In this document: piece by piece, positions 46,443 to 56,800 of the stretch
How the letters are laid out: each line of letters starts with the position of its first letter
Numbering within the stretch: the stretch's first letter is position 1
Assembly (NCBI GenBank): GCA_026645945.1
Contig: JAPKMO010000001.1
Span: 7,427 to 71,426, forward strand
Direction: 5' to 3'
Origin: Anaerolineae bacterium
Lineage (GTDB): Bacteria; Chloroflexota; Anaerolineae; Aggregatilineales; Phototrophicaceae
Length of the DNA stretch: 64,000 nt
The notes under the pieces: model-generated
What the model was told of the DNA's origin: nothing
Database searches by the model: none
Seen by the model: only the letters and a program-made list of their open reading frames with translations
Program-made: the position numbers and the translations under genes

Positions 46443-47510
46443 CTAAACCGCAATCTGAAGTCGGCTGTAACTTTCTTCAATGGCAGCCAGGATTTCGTCC
46501 GGCATGGGTACAATGCCGCCGGTGCGACCGTAGAACGTAACCGGTATCTGGCCGCCAATCGCCAGCCGCACATCTTCGACCATCTGGCCGGCGTTCATCT
46601 CGACGACCAGGCAGCCGCTCGCCTGGTCGGCCAGCTCGGAAATACGCCGTTCCGGGAAAGGCCAGAGCGTTTGCGGACGCAGCAGGCCGACCCGCAGGCC
46701 TTTTTCACGGGCGGCCTCGACCGCGCTGTAGGCGATGCGCCCGGCTGTTCCAAAGCCGATGACGAGCAGTTCGGCATCTTCGGTGGCGTATTCGACCGAA
46801 CGCTGCTCGTTTTTTTTGATCTGCTTCAGCTTTTTCTGTATCTTCAGGTTAAAGGCTTCTTCTTCCTCTCCTTTTAGGTACAGAGAGGTGATAACGCGCT
46901 TTTCGCGCGCTTTTGCGCCGGTCAGCGCCCAGTCGGGGACGTTTTTCTGGAGCGGGCGCATGGGGGGCAGTTCGGCAGGTTCCATCATCTGGCCGATTTG
47001 GCCGTCGGCTGCCAGCAGCACCATATGGCGGTATTTGTCGGCCAGGTCGAAAGCTAACCCTACAAAATCAATGGCTTCCTGTACCGAGGCCGGGGCGAGG
47101 ACAATGGGGTGAAAATCGCCATGCCCGGCGGAACGCGTAACCTGAAAATAATCGGCCTGCGAAGGCAGGATATTGCCCAGCCCTGGCCCACCGCGCATGA
47201 CATCCACGATCACGCAGGGCAGCTCCGAACCGGCAATGTACGACATGCCCTCCTGCATCAGGCTCACGCCGGGGCTGGAGGATGAGGTCATCACACGGGC
47301 GCCGGTGCAGGCCGCGCCGTAGACCATGTTAATGGCCGCAACTTCGCTTTCGGCCTGTAAAAACACGCGGTCGAGTTCGGTCATGCGCTGGGAGAGATAT
47401 TCGAGAAGTTCGGTCTGGGGGGTGATCGGGTATCCGAAGTAGGCTTCCAGGCCGGCCCGGACGGCGGCCTCGGCAATCGCTATGTTGCCTTTAAGCAGTT
47501 CTTTCGTCAT
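46443..47510 (-). CDS. 2-oxoacid:ferredoxin oxidoreductase alpha subunit (VorB-like)
   Basis: [34 protein letters not shown]; start ATG 47510 (MTKELLKG). Confidence 0.92.
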   Translation of the reverse strand: MTKELLKGNIAIAEAAVRAGLEAYFGYPITPQTELLEYLSQRMTELDRVFLQAESEVAAINMVYGAACTGARVMTSSSSPGVSLMQEGMSYIAGSELPCVIVDVMRGGPGLGNILPSQADYFQVTRSAGHGDFHPIVLAPASVQEAIDFVGLAFDLADKYRHMVLLAADGQIGQMMEPAELPPMRPLQKNVPDWALTGAKAREKRVITSLYLKGEEEEAFNLKIQKKLKQIKKNEQRSVEYATEDAELLVIGFGTAGRIAYSAVEAAREKGLRVGLLRPQTLWPFPERRISELADQASGCLVVEMNAGQMVEDVRLAIGGQIPVTFYGRTGGIVPMPDEILAAIEESYSRLQIAV

Positions 47511-47767
47511 ATTGTAACCGCCTCTTGTACCGCTTTCGTTCGTTTGGCTGCTTCTCGGTAAACGGTGATGCATACATCGGGGCAGATGATGGCGCAAACG
47601 GCGCAGCCGGTGCAGTCGCCATCGGGGTCAACAAACAGGGCGGGGTGATAACCTTTTGCGTTAAGTTGATTCTCGGCCATAAAAATTACATTTTGGGGAC
47701 ATACAGTGGAGCAAAGGGTGCAGCCCTTACAGTGGTCTTGATTGATGGTTATTCTTCCTATAGTCAT
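47507..47767 (-). CDS. 2[4Fe-4S] ferredoxin (delta subunit)
   Basis: [12 protein letters not shown] and [12 protein letters not shown]; start ATG 47767. Confidence 0.92.
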   Translation of the reverse strand: MTIGRITINQDHCKGCTLCSTVCPQNVIFMAENQLNAKGYHPALFVDPDGDCTGCAVCAIICPDVCITVYREAAKRTKAVQEAVTI

Positions 47768-47997
47768 ACAAACACCCTCGAAATTAAGACAGCAATTGAT
47801 CTGTATCCTCACCTTAAGGGTTTTTACCCCTCACTGCCAGTAAAGAACGTCATATATTCATGTGTGAAGTATCACGCATTGACGGATTAGAACGGACGTG
47901 CTATCATTAAGGTCTTGATTTCTTCACAGCTCACTATAGAATAGAGACAAACCCGACTGAACCCTTGTGAACCCATAAAGTCCGCGCGCGGGGGAAG

Positions 47998-49047
47998 ATG
48001 AACCATATGGATACAAATCTGGCTATTGAGACTAATGACCTGGGGCGCGTGTATCGGCTGCGCGGCCCAAAACGAAAGGGGGATGCAAAACAACTGGTGG
48101 CGCTGGACGGTGTTAACCTGGAAATCCGGCGCGGCGAGCTGTTTGGCCTGCTAGGGCCGAACGGGGCAGGGAAAACCACCGTCATTAAAATCCTGGCGAC
48201 ACTTCTGCTGCCGAGCAGCGGCGTGGGGCGGGTCGAAGGATTGGATGTGACCCGCGATGTCCAGGAAATCCGGCGGCGTATTAGTATGGTCAGCGGCGGC
48301 GAAACCAGCGGCTACGGGCTGCTGACGGTTGAGGAAAACCTGTGGATGTTCGCGCGGTTTTACGGGCTGGACAATGTCACCGCCCGCAAACGGATTGACG
48401 CGCTGCTGGAGGTTGTCGGCATTGCCGACCGCAAACGCACAAAAATTTCCGACCTTTCCACCGGTTTACGCCAGAAAATGAATTTTGTGCGCGGTTTTAT
48501 CAGCGATCCCAATGTTGTTTTCCTGGACGAACCGACTTTAGGGCTGGACGTAACCGCTGCGCGTGACGTGCGCGGCTTCGTCAAACAATGGATGCACGAT
48601 CACCCTGACCGGACGGTGCTGCTGACGACGCACTACATGGCAGAAGCGGACGAGCTGTGCGATCGGCTGGCGATCATTGACCGGGGAAAGCTGCTGGCCT
48701 GCGATACGCCGGAAAACCTTAAGCACCGCCTCCAGCGCGAGGCGATTTTTAACCTGAAGGTGGGGCCGCTGGGGCCTAAACCCAGCCGTGACGCCATGAT
48801 CGAAGCTGTACCGGGCGTTCGGCAGGCCACCATCGTCGAGCAGAACGGCCATACCGAACTGAACCTCATACTGGCGCAGGAAGATGTGCTGTCGAACGTG
48901 CTGGCGCACCTGACGCGGCGCGGCTCCAGCCTGATTTCGCTGGAAAAGCGCGAACCCACCCTGGAAGACGTGTTCGTTGATCTGGTGGGTCGCCGTCTGG
49001 ACGTGGACACGTCGCATCATGCGGAGGGCGAACATGCTGCCGGCTGA
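47998..49047 (+). CDS. ABC transporter ATP-binding protein (DrrA-like)
   Basis: GPNGAGKT, LSTGLRQ, FLDEPT, TTHYM, EPTLEDVF. Confidence 0.92.
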   Translation: MNHMDTNLAIETNDLGRVYRLRGPKRKGDAKQLVALDGVNLEIRRGELFGLLGPNGAGKTTVIKILATLLLPSSGVGRVEGLDVTRDVQEIRRRISMVSGGETSGYGLLTVEENLWMFARFYGLDNVTARKRIDALLEVVGIADRKRTKISDLSTGLRQKMNFVRGFISDPNVVFLDEPTLGLDVTAARDVRGFVKQWMHDHPDRTVLLTTHYMAEADELCDRLAIIDRGKLLACDTPENLKHRLQREAIFNLKVGPLGPKPSRDAMIEAVPGVRQATIVEQNGHTELNLILAQEDVLSNVLAHLTRRGSSLISLEKREPTLEDVFVDLVGRRLDVDTSHHAEGEHAAG

Positions 49048-49876
49048 GCGCGTGCAGAAAGCGACCGGCCTCCGGTTATTCTGGTACACCATCTGGGCGC
49101 GGGCTTATCCGCGCATCATTGGCTCTACGCGGGAAAAAAGCTGGCTGTTTTTTGAAACCGTGCTGCCGCTGATGGGTACGGCGTCCTATGTGTTCGTCTA
49201 CCGGGCCATTGGCGCGCCGGAAGCCTACACCGGTTTTGTCGTGCTGGGCGGCGCAATGACGGCCTTCTGGCTGAACGTGCTGTGGGCGATGGCAAGCCAG
49301 CTTTACTGGGACAAAGACGGGGGCAATTTAGAGTTATACGTGGTTTCGCCCGGCCCGTTGATGGCGATTCTGCTGGGTATGGCGGTCGGTGGCATTCTGA
49401 TGACGGCCACACGCGCGGTTATCATCCTGGGCGTCTGTTCGTTTCTGTTCAACGTCAGCTACCAGATTGCCAGCCTGCCGCTGCTGGTGTTGATTTTTGT
49501 GGTGACGATGGCCGCCCTGTACGGCATGGGCATGATGTTCGCTTCGATCTTTCTGGCTGCCGGGCGCGAAGCCTGGCACATCTCCAATTTGCTGCAAGAG
49601 CCGATTTACCTGGCGTCCGGCTTTTACTTCCCGGTCAAGGCAATGGGCTTCTGGATTGCGACCTTCGCTTCGGTCATCCCGCTGACGCTGGGCCTGGATG
49701 CGATGCGGCAGCTCATTTTCGCCGGGGATCCAACGCTGGGGTTTTTATCGGTTGAAGTTGAACTGATAATCCTGCTGGTGCTGTCCGTCGTTTTCATCTA
49801 TGGCGCGATCAAGATGCTGGCTAAACTCGAAGAAATTGGCCGGCGCGAAGGCCGCCTGATCGAACGCAGGAGGTGA
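49034..49876 (+). CDS. ABC-2 type permease
   Basis: Multi-TM; start ATG 49034 after GGAGGG; SGFYFPV, PLTLGLD. Confidence 0.88.
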   Translation: MLPAERVQKATGLRLFWYTIWARAYPRIIGSTREKSWLFFETVLPLMGTASYVFVYRAIGAPEAYTGFVVLGGAMTAFWLNVLWAMASQLYWDKDGGNLELYVVSPGPLMAILLGMAVGGILMTATRAVIILGVCSFLFNVSYQIASLPLLVLIFVVTMAALYGMGMMFASIFLAAGREAWHISNLLQEPIYLASGFYFPVKAMGFWIATFASVIPLTLGLDAMRQLIFAGDPTLGFLSVEVELIILLVLSVVFIYGAIKMLAKLEEIGRREGRLIERRR

Positions 49877-50769
49877 GCATGTCCATCACACGCAGCTTTC
49901 TGGATACGCCGTTCGTTCGGCGCAGCAACCGACTGCGAACGTTCATCACGGCGGCCTGGCTGGGCTGGCAGATCGAGTCGAACTGGGCCGACCCGTTTCT
50001 GTTCGCCATCTATTCAATCGTCCGCCCCGTCACCAGCGTGCTGATTCTGGTGGTGATGTACAGCGTTATCACCAACGGCGCGCTGCAAGAACCGATTTTC
50101 GCTTACATCTACTTGGGTAACGCGCTGTATATCCTGGTGGGGCAGGTGATTACGGGCGTAAGCTGGTCGGTCATTGACGACCGCGAACATTACCGCACGC
50201 TGCGCCAGCTTTACACGACGCCGATGGACGGTTATTTTTACCTGATGGGACGTGGGGTAGCACGGCTCATCATCGGCCTGATCTCGGTGCTGATTACCAT
50301 CGGCTTCGGTATCATCGCATTCCAACTGCCGATTTCCATCGGCGCGATTAACTGGCCGATGCTGCTCGCCAGCACGATTCTGGGGGTTCTGTCGCTGGCG
50401 GCTATCGGTATGGTGGTCGGCTCGCTGACGCTGATGCTGGCGCGGCACTTCTGGTCGCTAGGGGATGCGATTTCCGGCGCGTTATACCTGTTCACCGGCG
50501 CGATTTTCCCGCTGGACGTGCTGCCGGCTTGGCTGCGCCCGATTGGTTTTGCCTTCCCGGTGACGTACTGGCTGGAACTGGCGCGGCGGGCCATCCTCGG
50601 CCCGAATGCGGCGAAGTTCCCCACTTTATCGGGCTTTTCTGACCTGGAACTGACCGGCATCCTGGCGGCGATCACGCTGATGCTGCTGGTTTTTTCGTGG
50701 TTTTTTTACCGTTGGGCGCTGCACCGCGCCAAAGAAAACGGCATTTTTGATATGGAAACCTCATATTAG
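49873..50769 (+). CDS. ABC-2 type permease
   Basis: Multi-TM; GAIFPLDVLP.WL, PVTYWLE. Confidence 0.88.
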   Translation: MSMSITRSFLDTPFVRRSNRLRTFITAAWLGWQIESNWADPFLFAIYSIVRPVTSVLILVVMYSVITNGALQEPIFAYIYLGNALYILVGQVITGVSWSVIDDREHYRTLRQLYTTPMDGYFYLMGRGVARLIIGLISVLITIGFGIIAFQLPISIGAINWPMLLASTILGVLSLAAIGMVVGSLTLMLARHFWSLGDAISGALYLFTGAIFPLDVLPAWLRPIGFAFPVTYWLELARRAILGPNAAKFPTLSGFSDLELTGILAAITLMLLVFSWFFYRWALHRAKENGIFDMETSY

Positions 50770-50775
50770 AGGAAC

Positions 50776-50819
50776 CCCCCTCACCCCCGCCCCGCTCCCC
50801 CGAATTCAGGGGAGCGGGG
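50776..50819. repeat. REP-like hairpin (CCCTCACCCC..CTCCCC/GGGGAG family)
   Basis: CCCCGCTCCCC-CGAATTCA-GGGGAGCGGGG; shares the CCCCGAATTC core with 27288. Confidence 0.7.
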
Positions 50820-50880
50820 AGCAGCGCGCGGCTTTCCTAGGAAGTAACAGCGTTTGCAGACATGACTAGCCGCCGTTCGA

Positions 50881-52197
50881 TCAGCCGAATTTTTCGCGCA
50901 GCAGGTCTTCCAGGGTTGGCGTGCCGACCACCTGGAGTTCGTAGCGGACGCGCTCCATCGGCAGCTTGATTTTGATGACGCGCCGTAGGTCAATTGGCGT
51001 GGCGACGATGACCAGATCGGCGTCGGCGCTGTTGATGGTCTGTTCCAGTTCGGCCATCTGTTTCGCGCCGTAACCCATCGCCGGCAGCACATGGCCGGTG
51101 GTGGGATATTTATTGTAGGTGTCCACAATCGAGCCGACGGCAAAGGGGCGGGGATCAATAATTTCTGCCGCGCCAAAACGCTGCGCCGCAATGACGCCTG
51201 CTCCGTAGGCCATTTCGCCATGAGTCAGCGTCGGGCCGTCCTCGACCACCAGCACGCGCTTGCCGCGAATGGCGGCGGGGTTGTCCACGAACAGCGGCGA
51301 GGCGGCCTCCAGAATAACCGCGCCAGGGTTGGCAGCCTGGATATTTTCGCGCACTTTGCGGACATTCGCATAGTCAGCAGTATCTACTTTGTTGATGAGT
51401 ACCACATCGGCTGAGCGCAGGTTGGCCTCGCCGGGATGGTAAGCGATCTCGTGGCCGGGGCGGTGCGGGTCTACGACGACGATATGCAGGTCGGGGCGGT
51501 AGAAGGGCAGGTCGTTGTTACCGCCATCCCAGACGATTACGTCGGCTTCTTCTTCGGCTTTTTTCAAAATCGCGCCGTAATCCACACCTGCGTAGATGAC
51601 CGCGCCTCGGTCAATGTACGGCTCGTATTCTTCGCGCTCCTCGATGGTGCATTCGTATTCATCCAGGTCGTCATACTCGGCGAATCGCTGTACTGACTGC
51701 GCGACCAGATTGCCGTAGGGCATGGGGTGGCGCACGGCCACGACGCGGTAGCCGAACGACTGCAAAGCGCCGACGACATAACGCGAGGTCTGGCTCTTGC
51801 CGCTGCCGGTACGCACCGCGCAGACCGATACGACCGGCCTGCTGCTTTTGATCTGGGTGGCAGCCGTACCCATCAGCCGGAAGTCCGCCCCGGCGGCCAG
51901 CACCTGCGACGCTTTGTGCATCACATATTCGTGAGAGATGTCGCTGTAGGCGAAGATGACCTGTTCGATCTGCCGGTCACGAATCAGGTTGAGCAGGTCG
52001 CGCTCATCATAAATCGGGATGCCCTGGGGATACAGGCTGCCGGCCAGCTCGGTGGGGTAAAGGCGGTCTTCGATGCCGGGGATTTGCGTGGCCGTGAAGG
52101 CGACAATTTCGTATTGTTCGTTGTCGCGGAAAAAGGTGTTAAAGTTGTGGAAGTCGCGACCGGCTGCGCCCATAATCAGCGTGCGTATACGAGCCAT
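50881..52197 (-). CDS. Cyclic-2,3-diphosphoglycerate-synthetase-like P-loop enzyme; probable arginine synthetase (ArcE) homolog
   Basis: GAAGRDFHNFN N-terminus, AVRTGSGKS P-loop, IEEREEYE, WDGGNND, EDGPTLTHG, LPAMGY; 438 aa from ATG 52197 with GAGGAG RBS. Family assignment is from recalled motifs. Confidence 0.7.
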   Translation of the reverse strand: MARIRTLIMGAAGRDFHNFNTFFRDNEQYEIVAFTATQIPGIEDRLYPTELAGSLYPQGIPIYDERDLLNLIRDRQIEQVIFAYSDISHEYVMHKASQVLAAGADFRLMGTAATQIKSSRPVVSVCAVRTGSGKSQTSRYVVGALQSFGYRVVAVRHPMPYGNLVAQSVQRFAEYDDLDEYECTIEEREEYEPYIDRGAVIYAGVDYGAILKKAEEEADVIVWDGGNNDLPFYRPDLHIVVVDPHRPGHEIAYHPGEANLRSADVVLINKVDTADYANVRKVRENIQAANPGAVILEAASPLFVDNPAAIRGKRVLVVEDGPTLTHGEMAYGAGVIAAQRFGAAEIIDPRPFAVGSIVDTYNKYPTTGHVLPAMGYGAKQMAELEQTINSADADLVIVATPIDLRRVIKIKLPMERVRYELQVVGTPTLEDLLREKFG

Positions 52198-52353
52198 AAT
52201 GATTGAGAACTCCTCTGAATTTGGTTGATGTGAACGACCGAAATGCATTTTTTCTAGTGTAACCTGTATGAGAGCGGTTATCCACATGCTTTCTATCACC
52301 AATCGCGCTACAATCGCCCCTCTGGTGCTTCTGGTCATCAAAGGATCTTTAAC

Positions 52354-53076
52354 ATGACTCTGCGCGTGACAGTATGGAATGAAGGCCGCCACGAAAGAAC
52401 CCATGATAAAGTGCAGCAGGTTTACCCGGAGGGGCTGCACCAGCCGATTGTCAGCTTCTTGCGCGATCAGGGGATGCAGGCGCACGCGGCCACGCTGGAC
52501 GAACCCGAACACGGCCTGACGGAAACGGTGCTGGCCGAAACCGACGTGCTGATCTGGTGGGGACACATGGCACATGACGATGTGCAGGATGCCATCGTTG
52601 ACCGGGTTCAGCGGCGTGTGCTGGAAGGCATGGGGTTAATCGTGCTGCATTCTGGGCATTTCTCGAAAATCTTCAAACGGCTGATGGGGACAAGCTGCGA
52701 CCTGAAATGGCGCGAAGCCAACGAACGCGAGCGCATCTGGGTGGTATCGCCAGGACACCCGATTGCCGAGGGTTTGGGGGAATACTTCGAGATTCCGCAC
52801 GAGGAGATGTACGGCGAATTTTTTGATATACCGTCGCCGGACGAGCTGGTGTTTGTAAGCTGGTTCCAGGGCGGCGAGGTGTTCCGCAGCGGGTGCTGTT
52901 ATACACGCGGGCGCGGCAAAATTTTCTACTTCCGCCCCGGCCACGAAACCCACCCGACCTACTACCAGCCGGAAGTGCTGCGGGTGATCGCTAACGCCGT
53001 TCGCTGGGCCGCGCCAGTCGCCGGGCCAGCTGTGACGTTCGGCCAGCGTCCGCAGCCGTTGGAGAAACTCGGCTGA
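52354..53076 (+). CDS. ThuA (trehalose utilization) domain protein, class I glutamine amidotransferase-like
   Basis: [36 protein letters not shown]. Confidence 0.9.
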   Translation: MTLRVTVWNEGRHERTHDKVQQVYPEGLHQPIVSFLRDQGMQAHAATLDEPEHGLTETVLAETDVLIWWGHMAHDDVQDAIVDRVQRRVLEGMGLIVLHSGHFSKIFKRLMGTSCDLKWREANERERIWVVSPGHPIAEGLGEYFEIPHEEMYGEFFDIPSPDELVFVSWFQGGEVFRSGCCYTRGRGKIFYFRPGHETHPTYYQPEVLRVIANAVRWAAPVAGPAVTFGQRPQPLEKLG

Positions 53077-53085
53077 CGGCATATT

Positions 53086-53119
53086 ATAGGAGCGGTTGAG
53101 CTGTTGCTCACGCTCCTAT
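53086..53119. promoter_or_regulatory. Stable stem-loop between thuA and nadC
   Basis: ATAGGAGCG-GT-TGAGC-TGTT-GCTCA-CGCTCCTAT. Confidence 0.5.
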
Positions 53120-53156
53120 TATCTCTTATGATTATAATAAATAAGCAGGTGAAAAG

Positions 53157-54035
53157 GTGGAGGAGGCGAAAGCCCTCTCCGATATAACCATGTTTGAGCA
53201 GTCCGCAGCCAAACAGCTTATCAAAATGGCGCTGGCCGAAGACCTGGGCAAGCGCGGGGACATTACTTCGCTGGCGACGATTCCCGCTAAAGTTCGTTTG
53301 TGCGGGCATTTGCGGGCGAAAGCCGACGGCGTGCTGGCCGGCCTGCCGCTGGTCGAGATGGTTTACCGCCAGGTAGACCCAAACGTGACCGTATCGTTTT
53401 ATGCCCAGGACGGCGAGCGAGTCGCTGCCGGGACCGTCGCTGCCGAAGTGACCGGCCCCGGACGCTCGGTGCTGACCGGGGAACGAGTCGCTCTGAATTT
53501 CGTCCAGCGTCTCAGCGGAATTGCTACCCTGACGGCGGAGTTTGTCGCTGCTGTGCAAGGCACACGGGCGGTCATCCTGGATACGCGCAAAACGACGCCG
53601 GGCTGGCGGTCGCTGGAAAAATATGCGGTGCGGATGGGCGGCGGGCAAAATCACCGGATTGGCCTGTATGATATGGTGCTGGTGAAGGACAATCATATTG
53701 ATGGGGCGGGGGGGATCACGCCGGCGGTGAACGCGGTACGCGCCTATTTGCCCGCCCGCGATGCGCTGATTGAGGTTGAGGTACGCACGCTGGATGAACT
53801 GCGCGAGGCGCTGTCGTTGGGTGTAGACCGCATCCTGCTGGACAACATGGACGAAGAGCAAATGCGCGCTGCCGTCCGTCTGGCGGCGGGGCGCGTGCCG
53901 CTGGAAGCCTCCGGCAATATGAGCCTCAAACGGGTGCGGGCAGCTGCCGAAACCGGCGTGAATTTTATCAGCGTCGGCGCGCTCACCCATTCCGCCCCGG
54001 CGCTTGACCTGTCTATGAAAATCACACGGGTGTGA
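53157..54035 (+). CDS. nadC: Nicotinate-nucleotide pyrophosphorylase (quinolinate phosphoribosyltransferase)
   Basis: EDLG.GDITS, ERVALN, DTRKTTPG, NHR.GL.D, KDNH, EVE, LLDNM, EASG. Confidence 0.95.
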   Translation: MEEAKALSDITMFEQSAAKQLIKMALAEDLGKRGDITSLATIPAKVRLCGHLRAKADGVLAGLPLVEMVYRQVDPNVTVSFYAQDGERVAAGTVAAEVTGPGRSVLTGERVALNFVQRLSGIATLTAEFVAAVQGTRAVILDTRKTTPGWRSLEKYAVRMGGGQNHRIGLYDMVLVKDNHIDGAGGITPAVNAVRAYLPARDALIEVEVRTLDELREALSLGVDRILLDNMDEEQMRAAVRLAAGRVPLEASGNMSLKRVRAAAETGVNFISVGALTHSAPALDLSMKITRV

Positions 54036-54048
54036 TGTAGGGGAGTTA

Positions 54049-55164
54049 ATGATGGAAAACGTGATTTCATCCGCAGTCATGACCGATCATGAAACGCTGA
54101 TCGAACAGGAACAAGCGGCCATCGAACGTATCCGGGCGGCGCGGCGCGTCCTGGGCGATCAGGTCGTTATCCTGGGACACCATTACCAGCGCGATGAAGT
54201 GATACAGTTTGCCGATTTTCAGGGCGACAGCTACCAGTTGAGCCGGGAAGGTGCGAAGGTGGCCGCTAAATACATCGTGTTCGCCGGCGTTCACTTCATG
54301 GCGGAAAGCGCCGTCATCCTGGGGCGCGATGACCAGACCGTGATTCTGCCGAACATGCAGGCCGGATGCAGCATGGCCGATATGGCGAACCTGGAACAGG
54401 TGTTAAGCGCCTGGGTGGAGCTAGAAGATGTGCTGGGCGATAACCCGGCCAATATCATCACACCGATCACCTATATGAACAGCACCGCCGACCTAAAGGC
54501 ATTCGTAGGCGAAAACGGCGGGACGGTCTGCACATCGTCGAATGCGCGCGGCGCGCTGGAATGGGCTTTCGCGCAGCGTGAGAAGGTGTTTTTCTTCCCT
54601 GACCAACACCTGGGGCGCAACACGGGCAAACGGATGGGTTTACCGCTGGAGCAGATGGTGCTGTGGAATCCCTTCAAACCCTACGGCGGCCTGACCGACG
54701 GCCAGATTCGCGGCGCGCGGATCATTCTGTGGCAGGGGCATTGCAGCGTTCACCAGCAGTTCCGCCCGGAGCATGTTGATCTGTGGCGGCGGCATCATCC
54801 CGATGTTCATATCCTGGTGCATCCTGAATGCGCGATGGAGGTGGTGGACAAAGCCGATTATATCGGCTCGACGGCTTACATCATCAAAATGGTGGAAAAC
54901 GCGCTGCCGGGCAGCAAGTGGGCTGTCGGCACGGAAATTCACCTGGTCAACCGCCTGAAGAATGCTCACCCGGACAAAATGGTGGAATCGCTGTCGCCGT
55001 TTTCGTGCCTGTGCAGCACCATGTACCGCATTAGCCCGATTGACCTGGCGAACGTGCTGGAAAACCTGGCGGCAGGCCGAGTCGTTAACCCGATCACCGT
55101 GCCGCCGGACATCCGCCGGAATGCCAAACTGGCGCTCGACCGGATGCTTGCCATACCAAAGTAG
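54049..55164 (+). CDS. nadA: Quinolinate synthase
   Basis: ILGHHYQR, GVHFMAE, three Fe-S cysteines (AGCSMAD, GHCSVH, CLCSTM), HPEC. Confidence 0.95.
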   Translation: MMENVISSAVMTDHETLIEQEQAAIERIRAARRVLGDQVVILGHHYQRDEVIQFADFQGDSYQLSREGAKVAAKYIVFAGVHFMAESAVILGRDDQTVILPNMQAGCSMADMANLEQVLSAWVELEDVLGDNPANIITPITYMNSTADLKAFVGENGGTVCTSSNARGALEWAFAQREKVFFFPDQHLGRNTGKRMGLPLEQMVLWNPFKPYGGLTDGQIRGARIILWQGHCSVHQQFRPEHVDLWRRHHPDVHILVHPECAMEVVDKADYIGSTAYIIKMVENALPGSKWAVGTEIHLVNRLKNAHPDKMVESLSPFSCLCSTMYRISPIDLANVLENLAAGRVVNPITVPPDIRRNAKLALDRMLAIPK

Positions 55165-55173
55165 CGAAATGGA

Positions 55174-56790
55174 ATGAACAATCTTCGCACCCACACACTC
55201 ATTATCGGCTGCGGCATCGCCGGGGCGGCGGCGGCTTTGCACCTCAGCGATGATCCGGCGCATGATGTTATCATCATCACCCGCGCTGCCGAGGCTTCCG
55301 ACACAGCTTCAACCTGGGCGCAGGGCGGCATCGTCACGCGCGGCCTGGACGATTCGCCCGATCTGCTGGTTCGGGACATTTTGGAGGCCGGGGCGGGGCT
55401 GAGTTCCCCGCATATGGCGCGCATCCTGGCCGAAGAAGGGCCGGAACTGGTGCGCTTTGTGTTAATCGAACGCTGCGGCGTGAGTTTCGACCACACCGAC
55501 GATGGCGAACTGGTCTACGGGTTGGAGGGCGCGCACAGCACCCGGCGGATTCTGCACGTCGGCGACCAGACCGGCGCGGCCATTATCAACGGGATGCTCA
55601 AAACGCTGGCCGAGCGCCCCAACGTCACGCTGCTCACCCACCACACGGCGGTTGACCTGATTACGTTTCCGCATCATGCGCTTGACCCGCTGGCGGTTTA
55701 TGGGCCGATCACCTGTCATGGCGCGTATGTGCTGAATCGTAAAACCGGGGAAGTAAACCGCGTTCTGGCCGGGCAGACCATTCTGGCGACCGGCGGGCTG
55801 GGGCAGATTTTCCGCAACACCAGCAATCCAAAGGGCGCGCGCGGCGATGGGCTGGCGATGGCCTGGCGCGCCGGGGCACGGGTCGTTAACGCCGAATACG
55901 TGCAGTTCCACCCGACTACGCTCAGCGTGCGGGGCGCGCCGAACCTGCTCATCAGCGAGGCGGTGCGCGGCGAAGGGGCGGTGCTGCTGACGCCGGATGG
56001 CCGCCCGTTTATGGCCGATTATGCGCCGGAATGGAAGGATTTAGCGCCGCGCGATGTGGTGGCGCGCGCCATCCATACCGAGATGCTGGAACACGGTTAC
56101 GAACACGTCTACCTGGACATCGCCAGCAAACACCCCGCCGATTTTATTCGCAGCCGTTTTCCGCTGCTGGCGGCCAACTGCGCCCAGTACGGGCTGGACG
56201 TAACGCGCGATCTGATTCCGGTTGTTCCTGCCGCGCATTACTTCTGCGGCGGCATCCTGACCGATGAATGGGGGCAGACCAGCTTGGAAGGGCTGTATGC
56301 CGTCGGCGAAGTAAGCTGCACCGGGCTGCATGGCGCGAACCGGCTGGCAAGCACCAGCCTGCTGGAAGGGTTGGTCTGGGGCGACCGGGCGGCGCGCCAT
56401 ATCCTGCCCCGGCGGCGTGACCCGGTGGATGATGCCCGCGTGCCGGGGTGGGTCTACCGGGGGGACAGCGAGCCGGACCCGGCCTTGATCGAGGTGGACA
56501 TGACCACCATTAAAAACGTGATGTGGCATTACGTCGGCCTGGTGCGGACGGCGGAACGCCTGGCGCGTGCCGAGCGCGAACTGCGCCATCTGTGGCACGA
56601 AATCGAGGAATTTTACCGCAGCCAGCGGTTGAACGATGCCTTGGTGGGGCTGCGTAACGCGGTGCAGGTGGCGCGCATCGTCACGTTTTCGGCGCAGCGC
56701 AACCGCGTCAGCCGGGGAGCGCATTACCGCGCCGACGCGGCGTCCGCGCTGCCGATAACCGAAATGCCCGCCAGCCGGATGAGCCGATGA
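55174..56790 (+). CDS. nadB: L-aspartate oxidase
   Basis: IIGCGIAG, WAQGGI, EGAHS.RRILH, QFHPT, SEAVRGEG, PAAHY, HGANRLASTSLLEG. Confidence 0.95.
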   Translation: MNNLRTHTLIIGCGIAGAAAALHLSDDPAHDVIIITRAAEASDTASTWAQGGIVTRGLDDSPDLLVRDILEAGAGLSSPHMARILAEEGPELVRFVLIERCGVSFDHTDDGELVYGLEGAHSTRRILHVGDQTGAAIINGMLKTLAERPNVTLLTHHTAVDLITFPHHALDPLAVYGPITCHGAYVLNRKTGEVNRVLAGQTILATGGLGQIFRNTSNPKGARGDGLAMAWRAGARVVNAEYVQFHPTTLSVRGAPNLLISEAVRGEGAVLLTPDGRPFMADYAPEWKDLAPRDVVARAIHTEMLEHGYEHVYLDIASKHPADFIRSRFPLLAANCAQYGLDVTRDLIPVVPAAHYFCGGILTDEWGQTSLEGLYAVGEVSCTGLHGANRLASTSLLEGLVWGDRAARHILPRRRDPVDDARVPGWVYRGDSEPDPALIEVDMTTIKNVMWHYVGLVRTAERLARAERELRHLWHEIEEFYRSQRLNDALVGLRNAVQVARIVTFSAQRNRVSRGAHYRADAASALPITEMPASRMSR

Positions 56791-56800
56791 GGGTATAACG

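Noticed and set aside
47860-47930. TGTGTGAAGTATCACGCA and TTGATTTCTTCACA as Rex/FNR/CRP sites upstream of the oxidoreductase operon
   Set aside because: Half-site spacing and sequence do not fit the Rex (GTGA-N6-TCAC) or FNR (TTGAT-N4-ATCAA) consensus.
50881-52197. Literal call as cyclic 2,3-diphosphoglycerate synthetase
   Set aside because: The N-terminus matches my recollection of the GAAGRDFHNFN (ArcE-like) subfamily, and no 2-phosphoglycerate kinase partner is adjacent.
52278-52286. Perfect DnaA box TTATCCACA upstream of the ArcE-like gene
   Set aside because: Single copy with no cluster, DUE or dnaA/dnaN context. One hit in 64 kb is plausible by chance.
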